A DNA stretch of 64,000 nt, taken from positions 11,150,873-11,214,872 of the forward strand of contig MU053881.1 of the NCBI GenBank assembly GCA_013239625.1. Reading direction: 5' to 3'. Below the pieces are notes generated by a model, which worked only from the letters and a program-made list of their open reading frames with translations, was not told the origin of the DNA and ran no database searches. Positions 12,383-23,195 of the stretch are shown here, piece after piece. Numbering within the stretch: position 1 is the first letter of the stretch; the number at the start of each line of letters is the position of its first letter. The stretch comes from Lama guanicoe. Lineage: Eukaryota. The position numbers and the translations under genes are program-made.

Positions 12383-12550
12383 GTGTGGTTAAGAACAATA
12401 CATACCTGGAGTCAAATACTCAAGGTATCAAGCTCTTTTCCAGTTATCAGACCTGGGTGAGCAGTCTAACTTCTCTGGACCTTGGGTCCTCATTAGAAAG
12501 ATATGATTATCCACTTAATGCATTTAGAAGAGTAATAGGCATATAGTACT
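12383..12550 (+). mobile_element. MIR SINE
   Basis: gtgtggttaagaac...tggagtcaaa...gacctgggtgagcagtctaacttctctggacctt. Confidence 0.65.
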
Positions 12551-12607
12551 ATATATGTACATATATATCTTTATATATCATGTGTAACTTCTTTTGCAGT
12601 TGAAAAT

Positions 12608-12835
12608 CAATGTGGTATCATACAAACAATACTTGATTTGACATCAGAAAACACCTTCAGATTCTGCCTCTGTCACAGGGGCATATCACTTTACTTCTCT
12701 GTAACTTAGGGGGGTCTTTTGGTTGGAATATAAGGTATTATTTATTTTACAAGTTTATTATTAGGATTAAATAAAATTGCCTTTGCTAAAGTCCCCATCA
12801 AGTCTCTGATAAACATTAGGTGCCTGATTAGTCTC
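12608..12835 (+). mobile_element. MIR SINE
   Basis: tcactttacttctctgtaacttag...ttaggattaaataaaa...taggtgcctgatta. Confidence 0.55.
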
Positions 12836-14265
12836 AGTTCAATACAGAATTCGAGCCATTGCCAGACAGCAAAGAACACAGATTCTGAAAACTGTAGGTA
12901 ACTCTGAACTTAGAAAGACTAAAATTTGGTTTGAGAAATAAGAAGCCTCTTTTCTTAGTTCTGTAATATGACATCTGAGATCAGACCAGGTATTTAATCC
13001 ATATTTTTGAATACCTCATTCTGTTTCTGTGAGTTTGTTTCAAAGGCCACCCTAGTCTTTAATAACTATAAAGTGCACACATTTGGACACATCAAAACAA
13101 CTGATGCATTCTGGTGTTCTGAGTAATCAATCCCACCTGGAAAAGGAGTCATGTTGTTTCTCTATTTTTGTGCACCTGAAGATGTGAAGTGTTCGAGGAT
13201 GTTAAAGTACTACAATTAGCAACCTCAGTTATTTATATTTTACACCATCCTAAAGACTCTTATTTTTTAAAATATTATGGAAAATTCCAGAAAATATCAT
13301 TCAATAAGGGATCAAGTTAAGAAAACATTGTTCCTCATTCAGTTCATATTATATCATGAATACAATTTTTCTCAACTTAAAGGCAATATAATAAAACCAG
13401 GCAAAAGCATTCAGACAATATGGTGTGCTATGATTAAGAGCAAGATATCAGCATAGAAATTCATCATTTAGGGAGCTTAATAGAGTAGTCAATTCAGTTA
13501 ACAACAGAGTAAAATAAGGTATAAAATTGTAACTAAATAATACAGAAAGCCATGAAAGGAAATCAAGTCAGATGAAAAACATCTTTTAATTTTTTACTAG
13601 AAAATTAACGTTTTTGTTGAAATAGTTCAAATTCAGTGTGGTGCACTGAACTGATTAAGTTTAGGTGTTGTATTGGCAGTCTATACACTTTTCTTTGACA
13701 TTCACTTATTTCCCATGCGTTATAACACCCAAATGCATGTATCAATTTGCAGAGAAAGAGTAACTGTAAGTTATTTTTGCTGTTTATTCATATGTTAGAT
13801 TAACTTTGTTTATCAACCCATATATTAAAATGTAATCATTTCATTGTCAGGAGCCTAAAGCTAATGTTAATTACAGTTTGAAACTTTGATTATTAATGCA
13901 TCTTTACCTACTGAAGTGTGAAATAAGCAATAGTAGTTGAAATTCACCAATTAAATTAGCTTCTGAGACAAGAATTCATAAGTAGGCATTTGTTCATAAT
14001 AAACAAATGCTGTAGGATTTCGTGTTCTAAGCTACATTTGTGAAATATTAGTCCCAAAGAGGGAGAACAATGATTCAAAAAAACTAAGATTAAATGACAT
14101 GTACAATAAATACAATAAATGTGATAGGTATTCTGTATCTTGTCTCTTCACATTTCATATGCCATCAGAAAAAAGAATACACAGACTTAATCCATAGAAG
14201 AGTACATAAGTTTTTGTTTTGTTTTAAATAAACAAGGGGAAAAGAGATATATTTTGTTCACACAG

Positions 14266-14627
14266 TGCCTTAGCCCACTAAGACTATTACAATGGGATAT
14301 CATAGACTAGATGGCTTATAAAGAACAGAAATGTATCTCTCACAGTTCTGGAGCCTTGGAAACCCAAGATGAAGGAGCCAGCAGACTCAGGGTTTGGCAA
14401 GGATCTCCTTCTTTGTTCATGTGACCATCTTCTCACTGTGTCTTCACATGTACAAGGGGAGAGGGCATTTCCTAGGTCTCCTTTATAAGGACACTAATCC
14501 CATTTACGAGGACTCCACCCTCATGATCTAATCACCTCCCACAGCTCCACTTCCTAATGCTCTCATATTAGAGATTAGGATTTAACAAATGAATTTTTGG
14601 CCAGACACAAACATGCAGTCTATAAGA
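14266..14627 (-). mobile_element. MaLR solo LTR (MLT1A/MLT1A0-like)
   Basis: tggcttataaagaacagaaatgtatctctcacagttctggag...tttataaggacactaatccc...ctcatgatctaatcacctccc...gacacaaacatgcagtctata. Confidence 0.9.
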
Positions 14628-14924
14628 TACAATATACCTAACATCAAGAAATGCTTTGGCAATTATCATTTATTGTCTTATTTTTATTGAAGTACATATA
14701 TATGTAAGTCTTGCCCCACTCATTTGACCTTTGATATGATTTTCAGGTAAGGCTATGCTTCCTACTTGTTGGCTGATTGGTCATGCTTCTCATGGTACTA
14801 AATGCATAATAAACAGTTTAATTCTACTACTTGTGAAGGATGATTTTGACTAATATCTACTTACTATTTATTATCATGTGTTATAGCACAGTAACCCCCA
14901 GAGTACTCTTGTCATGTCTGTGCA

Positions 14925-15000
14925 ATTAGTATAACCATTTTACAGGTAGGGAACTGGGACCACAGAAAGATTAAGTTAACTGATCTAAGAAGCCACAATT
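14925..15000 (-). mobile_element. MIR fragment
   Basis: ccattttacaggtagggaactgggaccacagaaagattaagttaactg. Confidence 0.7.
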
Positions 15001-15059
15001 TGGAAGGACCCACTCCGAACTCCATACATTTTTTACCAAGCTTTTGTTCCTAATGGAAT

Positions 15060-15400
15060 TTTTAAGCGTAAAACACAATGAAGAACAATGGACTCATATG
15101 AAACCACCAAGATTTCACATACTTTCATGATTGGTCAATTGTTTTTTTTTTTTAAATGAGAGTATTACATATGAAGTTGAAGTTCCCTGTACACTCCTCC
15201 ATAATCCTATTATGTTTTATTTCTCCCAAGAACTTCTATTAATAATTTGTTTTTTATACTCCTGATGTCATATTTTTATACTTTAACAAGGAAAGCATGT
15301 ATATTTTTTCTTCTTTAAAACTTGTTGTAAATATTATCATGCTCTACTACAGTAGCATTAGGCAACTTTTCATTTCACTTTTTTTTGGTATTTAAATATG
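15060..15400 (-). mobile_element. Ancient L1ME-like 3' fragment
   Basis: gagtattac...gttgaagttccctgtacactcctcc...atttttatacttta; very diverged. Confidence 0.5.
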
Positions 15401-16589
15401 TACTATATGCATTTTTAGTTTATTTTCTATGCATTACCATTTACCTTTGAATGGACTATGGTTTAATGGCTTTTACTAGAAAGCTTCAAGTAGGTACTTA
15501 TTTATATTTTTCTTGCTTATATTTCATTTGAGAATTCCTGTCCCTCCATTCTGGGCAGTTCTCTGCTTTTATCTTTATATCTAAGTATGCATGCATCTTA
15601 TCTACCTATCGCTCTCTACTACTTAGAACTTCTCTGAATTACCTTGTAGTTCATGGTCTGGACTTTCTACACCTTTGCACCTTTCTTCTATTCTGTTTAT
15701 GACTTAAAAGTGAATATTTTCCAAAGAGTAAAATCTATAACTTTGCCAAAGATTACATATGTCTCTTAACTTCTGCTTTCTGTCTTGGCCCAAAACAGAT
15801 GCAGAGAGGACCAGGATGCTCTCGCCATATTTTTAGTATATTGAGCAAGTTTCTAGTGTCTCATTTAAAGGAGAAATAAATGCTGAAAAACTTTCCAAAT
15901 CAACCATATGTTCTGACATAATTTCAGATACAGTCATATACACACACTCATGCATATATATGTCATTTCTCTATGTTTAGACTAGTAAGGTCTATTAAAA
16001 TTATACATAAATTATTGAGAGATATGCATGTAGGAATATATACACACATATATTCATGTATTTGGGTAGAGAGAGAAGAGAGTGGAGAGCTACACATATT
16101 ACATACGTATATACAATAGTTAAAAAAATTAATTACTCGATTTATCTGTTGAATTCTTCTCCTCAACAAAAGAGATGCCACTGATCAAGAATATACTGTT
16201 AATAAGTATATCTATTATGAGGACACAGCCCTATGCATATAGCCGGGTAGCTAGAAGAGATCAAGGGACTGATAAATATCACTGTTTTCTATGAGAATGG
16301 GAATTCAGGGAATTGAGAGTGAAATACATTCTGTTAAAAATAGCCACAATAAGTATGTATCAGTAGATAGAAAGTAATAGAATAAAAACGGCCGACAATA
16401 ATTTCAGTAAGTATAACACCATTATGTTGTATCTGTATGTTCCCTATTTCTAGCATTTTTTTCCAGCTCCATTTTATTCAGTGAGGTGGGATGTGTAGAG
16501 GTCAATCTAAATCACTCAAATTATTTCAGGGTTTCTGATCTTTATTTTAAATTTGCATTTGTGATACTGAAGTATAAAAAGAGCCAAAT

Positions 16590-16980
16590 CATGTCTACAT
16601 AATGGCATATTATTTGGCAATAAAAAGAAATGAAGTACTGACACATGTTGTACCATGAAATAATCTTGAAAACATTATGCTATAAGAAAGAAGACAATCA
16701 CAAAAGGTCATACTTAGTATGATTTCATTATATAAACTGTCCAGACTAGTATCTGTAGAGACAGATAATAGAATAGTGGTTGCCTAGGACTTGGGCTGTT
16801 GGAAGCAGATGGAACATGACTATTAACAGGTACTAGAGAGTTAATTTTGAGACTGATAATAATACTGTAAAATGAATAGTGGCTACGTTTATACAATTCT
16901 ATGAATACACTAAAAATAACTTATTTTTATAATTTAAATGGGTGAATCGTACAGTATGTAAATTATATCATAATAAAGAT
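16590..16980 (+). mobile_element. L1MB-like 3' end
   Basis: tattatttggcaataaaaagaaatgaagtactgacacatg...tagtggttgcctagg...aaatgggtgaatcgtacagtatgtaaattatatcataataaag. Confidence 0.88.
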
Positions 16981-17964
16981 GACCAAGAATAAGTAAGCCA
17001 AACACTTTGTGTGTAAGATATGCTCAATCTTAAATATTGTAACATAAAAGGAAAGGGTGCTATAGAATTAAATGAGGTGATTGAATTAAATTACAACATG
17101 GATTCCACATGAAGTTTCAAATTCATAGCATTGAAAGTCACATTAGAAGCCCTCCCAACCCACCAAGAGATGGAAATAATGATGATGAAACAATAATCAT
17201 ACAGGGATCCAGACAAATGTATTTGTAGAACCACGTGAAGAGAATGAAAATAGAGTATAGAAATGTTTTAACTCCTGTATACCCTTAGAACACTGAGGCA
17301 GGGAAGAAACAGCAAAATTGCAAGAATCAATCATGTAACAGTTCTAATTCTTTCATTTAAAATAATTTTAAACGACCAAAAACCATTTGTTTCATTTGTT
17401 TTAAGTGAAATACTTTTGATAGTGCAACAATATCTGATGGCTTCAGTACTGCAGTATTCTAGGAGCTCACAACAGCTCCTATTTGATGTTAATAAAATCT
17501 GTCACTGATTTGAGAAGGAAGGAAAAAAGAAAAAAAACAACAACTCTTGACTTAGATTACTGGCCAAGTAAGGGTTTTAAGTTTCTGCAAAATAAGAGTG
17601 CTGGAGTCCAAAGCCCTTAGGCCAGCTGGACAATGAATTCACCTTATGGAGACAGAGACTGTTTCACGTTCACATTGCCTAGTTGCCTAATAAATCGGTC
17701 ATTCACTGACCATGTGATAGTCTACTGTGCCAGAAGCGAAATGTCACAGAAATCCTGCCACCTCTGCATTTCTTATAAAAAAAAAAAAAAGTTAGGAATC
17801 GCACTTAGTTTACAGTTAAGCCAGAGGGAGTTTTCCTTCCGTGTTCTATAGGTAAACAATCTGAAAATCAAGCAATTTTGGGGACTGCTTCACCATTACC
17901 AGTAAGTTTTTCTAGAAAACCAACCAAGTTCTGTTTATCATCAAGCACTATGTATAGTAACACT

Positions 17965-18450
17965 TGGGATTGCATATCCCCTTTTTTCTTGATGAGAAAA
18001 TGCTAATTTTTCCAGGTGTCTGTAATCAACAGGTCACCACAGATATAATCACCTTCCATGCCCTCACTGATCAAATCAGTCAACTTAATCTATTCCTTTA
18101 AATGTTTGATTTAAGCAAGGACAATAAGCATTTCTGATCTATAACAAATAAACAGAGTTTGCTGGAACTCTTCTGAAAAATATTTTCTCACTTTAAAGTT
18201 GACATTTGGTATATGGGAGAGAAAAAATTACATATATATATATATATATATATGCACATATATATATATATATATATGAGTAAAGAAAGGCATGGTGGAC
18301 AGGAAAGAGCTCAGTATGTGCAAATATTGTTGATACGGTTGAGCTACTGAATTAATCAATTTTCAATTTCTTCTTGCATAAACACTTTCTCATTTTTCAA
18401 GCCCAGTGAATCTGGATTTTCTTTTATTTACAGACCAAAGCATTCCCACA
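17965..18450 (+). mobile_element. Old MaLR (MLT1-type) LTR remnant
   Basis: Ends in tttttcaagcccagtgaatctggattttcttttatttacagaccaaagcattccca, similar to old MLT1 3' termini; interrupted by a (TA)n tract. Confidence 0.4.
18232..18277. repeat. Interrupted (TA)n microsatellite
   Basis: Two (TA)n runs separated by gcac. Confidence 0.95.
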
Positions 18451-18933
18451 TGCTATTTCAACATGTTGTGAGGACATCATCAGCTCATGATCATCTACTT
18501 AGTGGTCTGTCCCAATGGACAGGTTCTTATTAACAGTCTTAACTTGTAGCTACATCACAAAAACAATCCCTGGATATTCCATCCTGATAAGTGCAACTTA
18601 CTGTAAGCTCTTTTTCATTCGAGAAGAGCAACAGAAGGTCATTTTGAGTATGCATATCTGAATGGTAGTAACTTTCAGCCAATGTACTGAGAAAGATATC
18701 AAAGTAATTTTTGGAAGACAGGATGAGGGGTGCTCATTGATAACTTGTATAGGTGTCAGCAGCAGAATCTGTCCATCTATTAACCTCTGCCGATTCAGTT
18801 TTTTTGTTTAAAGAAGCAGCTAATTTATCTATAAATTGCTTGCATAATACTGACACATAGGCATATGCCTAGGGTAAAAGCAATGACTTCATGCTCACGA
18901 TGGACAAACTTTGCCAATAATGGACTACAAAGA

Positions 18934-19016
18934 AATATATATATATTTATAAATATATATAAAACATGTAAATATATATATTTATAAATATATATAAAAC
19001 ATATAAATATATATAA
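18934..19016. repeat. AT-rich low-complexity tract
   Basis: Repeated aaatatatatat/ttataaatatatataaaaca units. Confidence 0.85.
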
Positions 19017-19027
19017 ATGTTTTACTT

Positions 19028-19465
19028 CTGTGAGATGGAGAACCCATTTCAGGGAGGGAGCTGTCACCATAGATAACTACAATATAACCCAGTCTACAGA
19101 CAGGAAGGAACCTAGCAAAGTCTGTTAAAATTCCTCTCTGTGTCCCATTGCCTCCGCATGGCCCAGCAAACATTTTTTAACCAAACATTTGTTTTACTAT
19201 TTCCACATCAATTGCCTTCCTCCCCTTTGAGGTCCCAAACCACTACCCCCAATATCCTCTTTTGTCTTTAGCTGAAGACAGCATTTAAGGCGAGGGCTTC
19301 CGCCATTTTGGTGAGTTACTTGTTTTCCTGAGTCTCACCCATGTATACATGTTATTAAACTTCTGTTTGATTTTTTTTTTCTGTTAATCTGTTTCACGTC
19401 GATTTACTTTTCAGACCAGCCAAAAGAACCAAGAAGAGTAGAGAAAAATGTCTTCCTCTCCAACA
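19028..19465 (+). mobile_element. ERV1 LTR (MER34/MER39-like), 5' part missing
   Basis: tgtcaccatagataactaca...tttagctgaagacagcatttaagg...attaaacttctgtttg...aagaagagtagagaaaaatgtcttcctctccaaca terminus. Confidence 0.75.
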
Positions 19466-19662
19466 CTGGAAAGGGCTAAACTCTTAAAAAGAGGTACATC
19501 TATTCCATACTTCTCTCTGTAGTTGTGGCCCCTGAGACAATGTAAAATAAAAGATGAAATCTTTGTTTTTGTTTTGTTTTTGTTTTTGGTCACACAATAT
19601 CTCACATGCTGTGAGAGTTGAGCCATGTTCCAATTCAAACCTGACATAGGGAGAGAGAAAGG

Positions 19663-19698
19663 AAGCAAGCTCTGAGAATTAAGCAAGCTCTGAGAATT
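19663..19698 (+). repeat. Perfect 18-bp tandem duplication
   Basis: AAGCAAGCTCTGAGAATT twice (19663-19680, 19681-19698). Confidence 0.95.
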
Positions 19699-19704
19699 AG
19701 AAAG

Positions 19705-19855
19705 TTAGCTAACCTTTGTGTCTTCCATCATCTAAAAAATGAAATGTTGATGCTATCAGCCTTATAGGTTGTTATGACATTAAATAAGATAACAATTATA
19801 ATGGACTTAAGCCAGTGATTGACACATAAAAAGCTCACGTTTATTAGCTGTTGTA
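19705..19855 (+). mobile_element. MIR SINE
   Basis: taacctttgtgtcttccatcatctaaaaaatg...ataggttgttatgacattaaataagata...gacacataaaaagctca. Confidence 0.75.
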
Positions 19856-21542
19856 CTGATACTCTTTTCGGAGCTGTTATAATTATTTTAATTAGTATTA
19901 CTACTGTATTGCATCTGTGCCTGGTTTATAGGTATAATAGCTGTGACTGACACTAAAACTTGGAAGTTTGGATGTTTCTTTAACAAAGGTGTTGGAATCT
20001 GTGAAAACAAGAAAAAGCAATTATGCAGATATATGACTCTACAAAGTCAGCTCTTTAAAGAGCACCTTAAGAAAGAAAATTTGAAAAATTCCTGTCCTTT
20101 ACAAGTTTATTGCTAATTCTAAATTTTTGTTAGTCCTTCATATGAATAAGAATATCGTAACTGCAAAAAGTCAGTCCCAAAATTGGCGATGGATCTCTAA
20201 GTTGGTTAAGGAGAAGGTGTTTTTTTAAAGTACATTAAGGTATAGTTTGCCAAATCATAGTTAGTTTTAATCTAATACTTTTCTGCTGCATATTAAAAAT
20301 TATGTATTTATCAAAATGTTGGTGTATTTAGTGACAGATTCTATCTAAATCCAATGCCTCACAAGCATATATGTTCAGTAGGCACTAAAAATTACTGCCT
20401 TGCCTCATTTTTACACCCATCCAAAATTGGATGAAATATCCGCTGATTCTCTTCACTTCCCTTCACATCTATTTGGAAAACAATTCATGAAGACAAAAAT
20501 TTTAAAGTAGCCTATGTTTCTGAGTGTCCTAAATTTATTGTAAATTATAATTTATTAAACAACCTTAAGAGTCAGACTCAAAGGTTTTCAGATTTCTTTA
20601 CTAATACAAGCAACAGTAAGGTAAAAACAGGTTAACTTCCCAGCAATGGAAAAGCTTCTTACAAAGTTACTGATAAGTCTAAAAAAAGATGAGGTATGTT
20701 TTAGAAAATGGTTGATGAAAATCACTGAGCGTCTGCATAAGTATTTATCTTTCCCTTTCCTTGAATCAGAGAGATCCATATAATTTACATGCTTTTCTCC
20801 TACCTTCGATAACAGATAATAAATGTTAAGTGGGACCTCAGCATATATTAAAAGCACTTGGATCCTGTTCAGACAGCTTCCTCACTCTTCCTGAGCATCT
20901 CTGTAAACTAGGGAAACAGGATACATCACAGATCAATTCAATCAATCGACTTTAATCATAACAGAGGAATTAAGCTGCTTTTCAGGCATGATGAAATAGA
21001 GAAAATTGCTTGGAGATTTTTTTAAGCCACCAAAGATCCCACAAGGGCTGTCATTTTGCTTCTACATCTGCTCTCTATTCCAGAAGTCTGCATTTTCTTG
21101 AGAAATGTACAAGAAAGGCTAAAGCAGTTGGAATCTGGGGGCATAATGAATACATTTTATGTCATTTTAAACACACCCAGGATCACTGACAAGAAATAAA
21201 AACAGAAAGTGAAAATCTTTGCTGAAAGAGAGAGCCCCAGAAGGATTTTTTTCCCCTCCATTATTTGTTGCTTTGGGTTATGTCAGTTTATTTTATGGCT
21301 GCAGTAATTTTAAATGCATTTTCCTCTCCTGTGAGATGCACCTTTCAACTTTCCTGGAGGTGAGCTTGAGGGTCTGATTGATGGTTTACACACATACTCA
21401 CACACCCCTATCTGACCATAAAACATACAGTAATTCAGCATTTACTTTCGGAAGGTGTGTTCTCTCTGCTTTTTTTCCTTATTCTTGGGATCAAATCTTT
21501 CCTGCTACATAAAACTGCTTAATGATTTTTCTGGAACACATT

Positions 21543-21545
21543 CAC

Positions 21546-21588
<43 letters not shown>
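21543..21588. repeat. (CA)n microsatellite
   Basis: About 17 uninterrupted CA units preceded by cacacatacata. Confidence 0.97.
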
Positions 21589-21591
<3 letters not shown>

Positions 21592-22243
21592 GAAGCATTT
21601 CAAACAACATCAGTGTTATTTTTTCCTTGAAGAAAATATTTAAAGAATTCTGAATGGATCTGAGAAAGGAAAAAATATTCATTTTTGAAATATTTGGATA
21701 GGAATATTTCAAGTCAAAAAACAACTGCAAAGTAAACCATGTAATAAGGCCCTTTAAACAAATAAATCCAAAATACTATAAAGTTTTCTCACCTCTTATT
21801 AACTCCAATAACCTGTCGTATGAACATATGAACATTTTCAATTTAATTAATATGAGCAAAATAAATTGGCATGCCATCCTCAAGTTACACGACAGAAAAA
21901 TGAGGAAAAGGGCAACCAGAATTTCCCAATTGAGTGATAGTTTTTCTCTCTGATTAAAAACCTCTTTTCAGCTAAAATATATGACCTGACAGTAAAACAG
22001 ACTAATTCAAAAATACTTTCTATTTTGTTCAAAATATGAAAGATAGGGTACTAGCTAAAGTGTTAATAGTGCAGAATTTCTAACGCATTTCAACTTAGCA
22101 AAATACAAATTATGTATCTAACACCAAGGAATTCAAAGAGGAGGAAGGATAAATTATGAGTCCAAAAAAAAAAAAACCCAGAAAAATCAACTTTGCCAAT
22201 TACATTTAAGTTTAAATTTCATTGCTAAAAATGTTGATGATTC

Positions 22244-22389
22244 TTTTTTTTTTCTCTTTTTAAAATTTTTTGAGGGGGTGGGGAATTAGGTTTATTTATT
22301 TATTTATTTTAATGAAGATACTGGGGATTGAACCCAGGACCTCACGCATGCTAAGCTTGCAGTCTACCACTGAGCTACACTCTCCCTTC
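22244..22389 (-). mobile_element. tRNA-derived camelid SINE (vic-1-like)
   Basis: Reverse complement reads ggagagtgtagctcagtggtagactgcaagcttagcatgcgtgaggtcctgggttcaatcccc (A and B boxes); TSD AATGTTGATGATTC (22230-22243) / AATGTAGAGGATTC (22390-22403), 12/14 identical. Confidence 0.92.
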
Positions 22390-22489
22390 AATGTAGAGGA
22401 TTCTCACATTTGCATTTTCCTACTCATACCTTAGAGGCAAAAACAAAAAAACAAAAATAAACAAAAAAACCCTACAAACCGCTCTTGCT

Positions 22490-23195
22490 GACAGGAGTTC
22501 CTGCCTAGTCAACATTTAATGTCCTTCCTGCTAATTACAACATAGTTTTCTCGGGTAAGTGTCTCAATTTTCTCTCTACAACTCACTGTGGATCAGTAGG
22601 AACTGATGCAGCTTCCCGTTTCTCAGGCTTTACACTGCTGATATTTTGAGCTGGATAATTCTTTGTTTTGCGGTGTGGGGCTATTTGTGTATCCTAGGAT
22701 ATATAGTGTCCTCTCTGATCTCTACTAACCAGAAGCCAATGGCAACCTTTCTCCTGTTTAGCAACTAGAAATGTCCATAGAGATTGCCCAAACTGCACCT
22801 TCCACCATCCCACACTTTGAGGACCAGTTTAATAGTGTCATGGTTTGGCATGTGGGCTTATTCAGGACCAATCAGGACCAATGTCAGGATTTCCAGGAAA
22901 ACAGGGTTCTTCAGTCTGCCAGTTTCAAGCTATGAGTTGGTTGTTGACAAAGTTGAAAGAAGTCTGTCTTAGAATGCAACCAAAATGGTGAGAAAAACAA
23001 AACAAAACAAAAAACCACTAAACGGTGAAGAAGTCTGGATTTCTGATGACATTTGCAGACCTGAGTGCCAAACCCAAAGCAGCACAGCACTTATCCTTGA
23101 CCTTAAGTTTCTCAGATGAACTCAAAACTTCTCTTTTTCTTTCTTTATTTTTTTTTTTTTTGGCTTGGGTCATTTGAGGTGGTTTCTATCACCGA
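22490..23195 (+). mobile_element. Old MaLR (MLT1-type) LTR remnant interrupted by MER20
   Basis: ggcatgtgggcttattcaggaccaatcag and terminal ttggcttgggtcatttgaggtggtttctatcac resemble old MLT1 LTRs. Confidence 0.45.
22618..22828 (-). mobile_element. MER20 (hAT-Charlie MITE)
   Basis: gtttctca...cactgctgatattttgagctggataattctttgtt...atctctactaaccagaagccaatggca matches the MER20 reverse complement. Confidence 0.85.

Noticed and set aside
13629..13649. Small inverted repeat TTCAGTG...CACTGAA (a similar small palindrome lies at 59731-59743)
   Set aside because: Stems of 6-8 bp are expected by chance in 64 kb.
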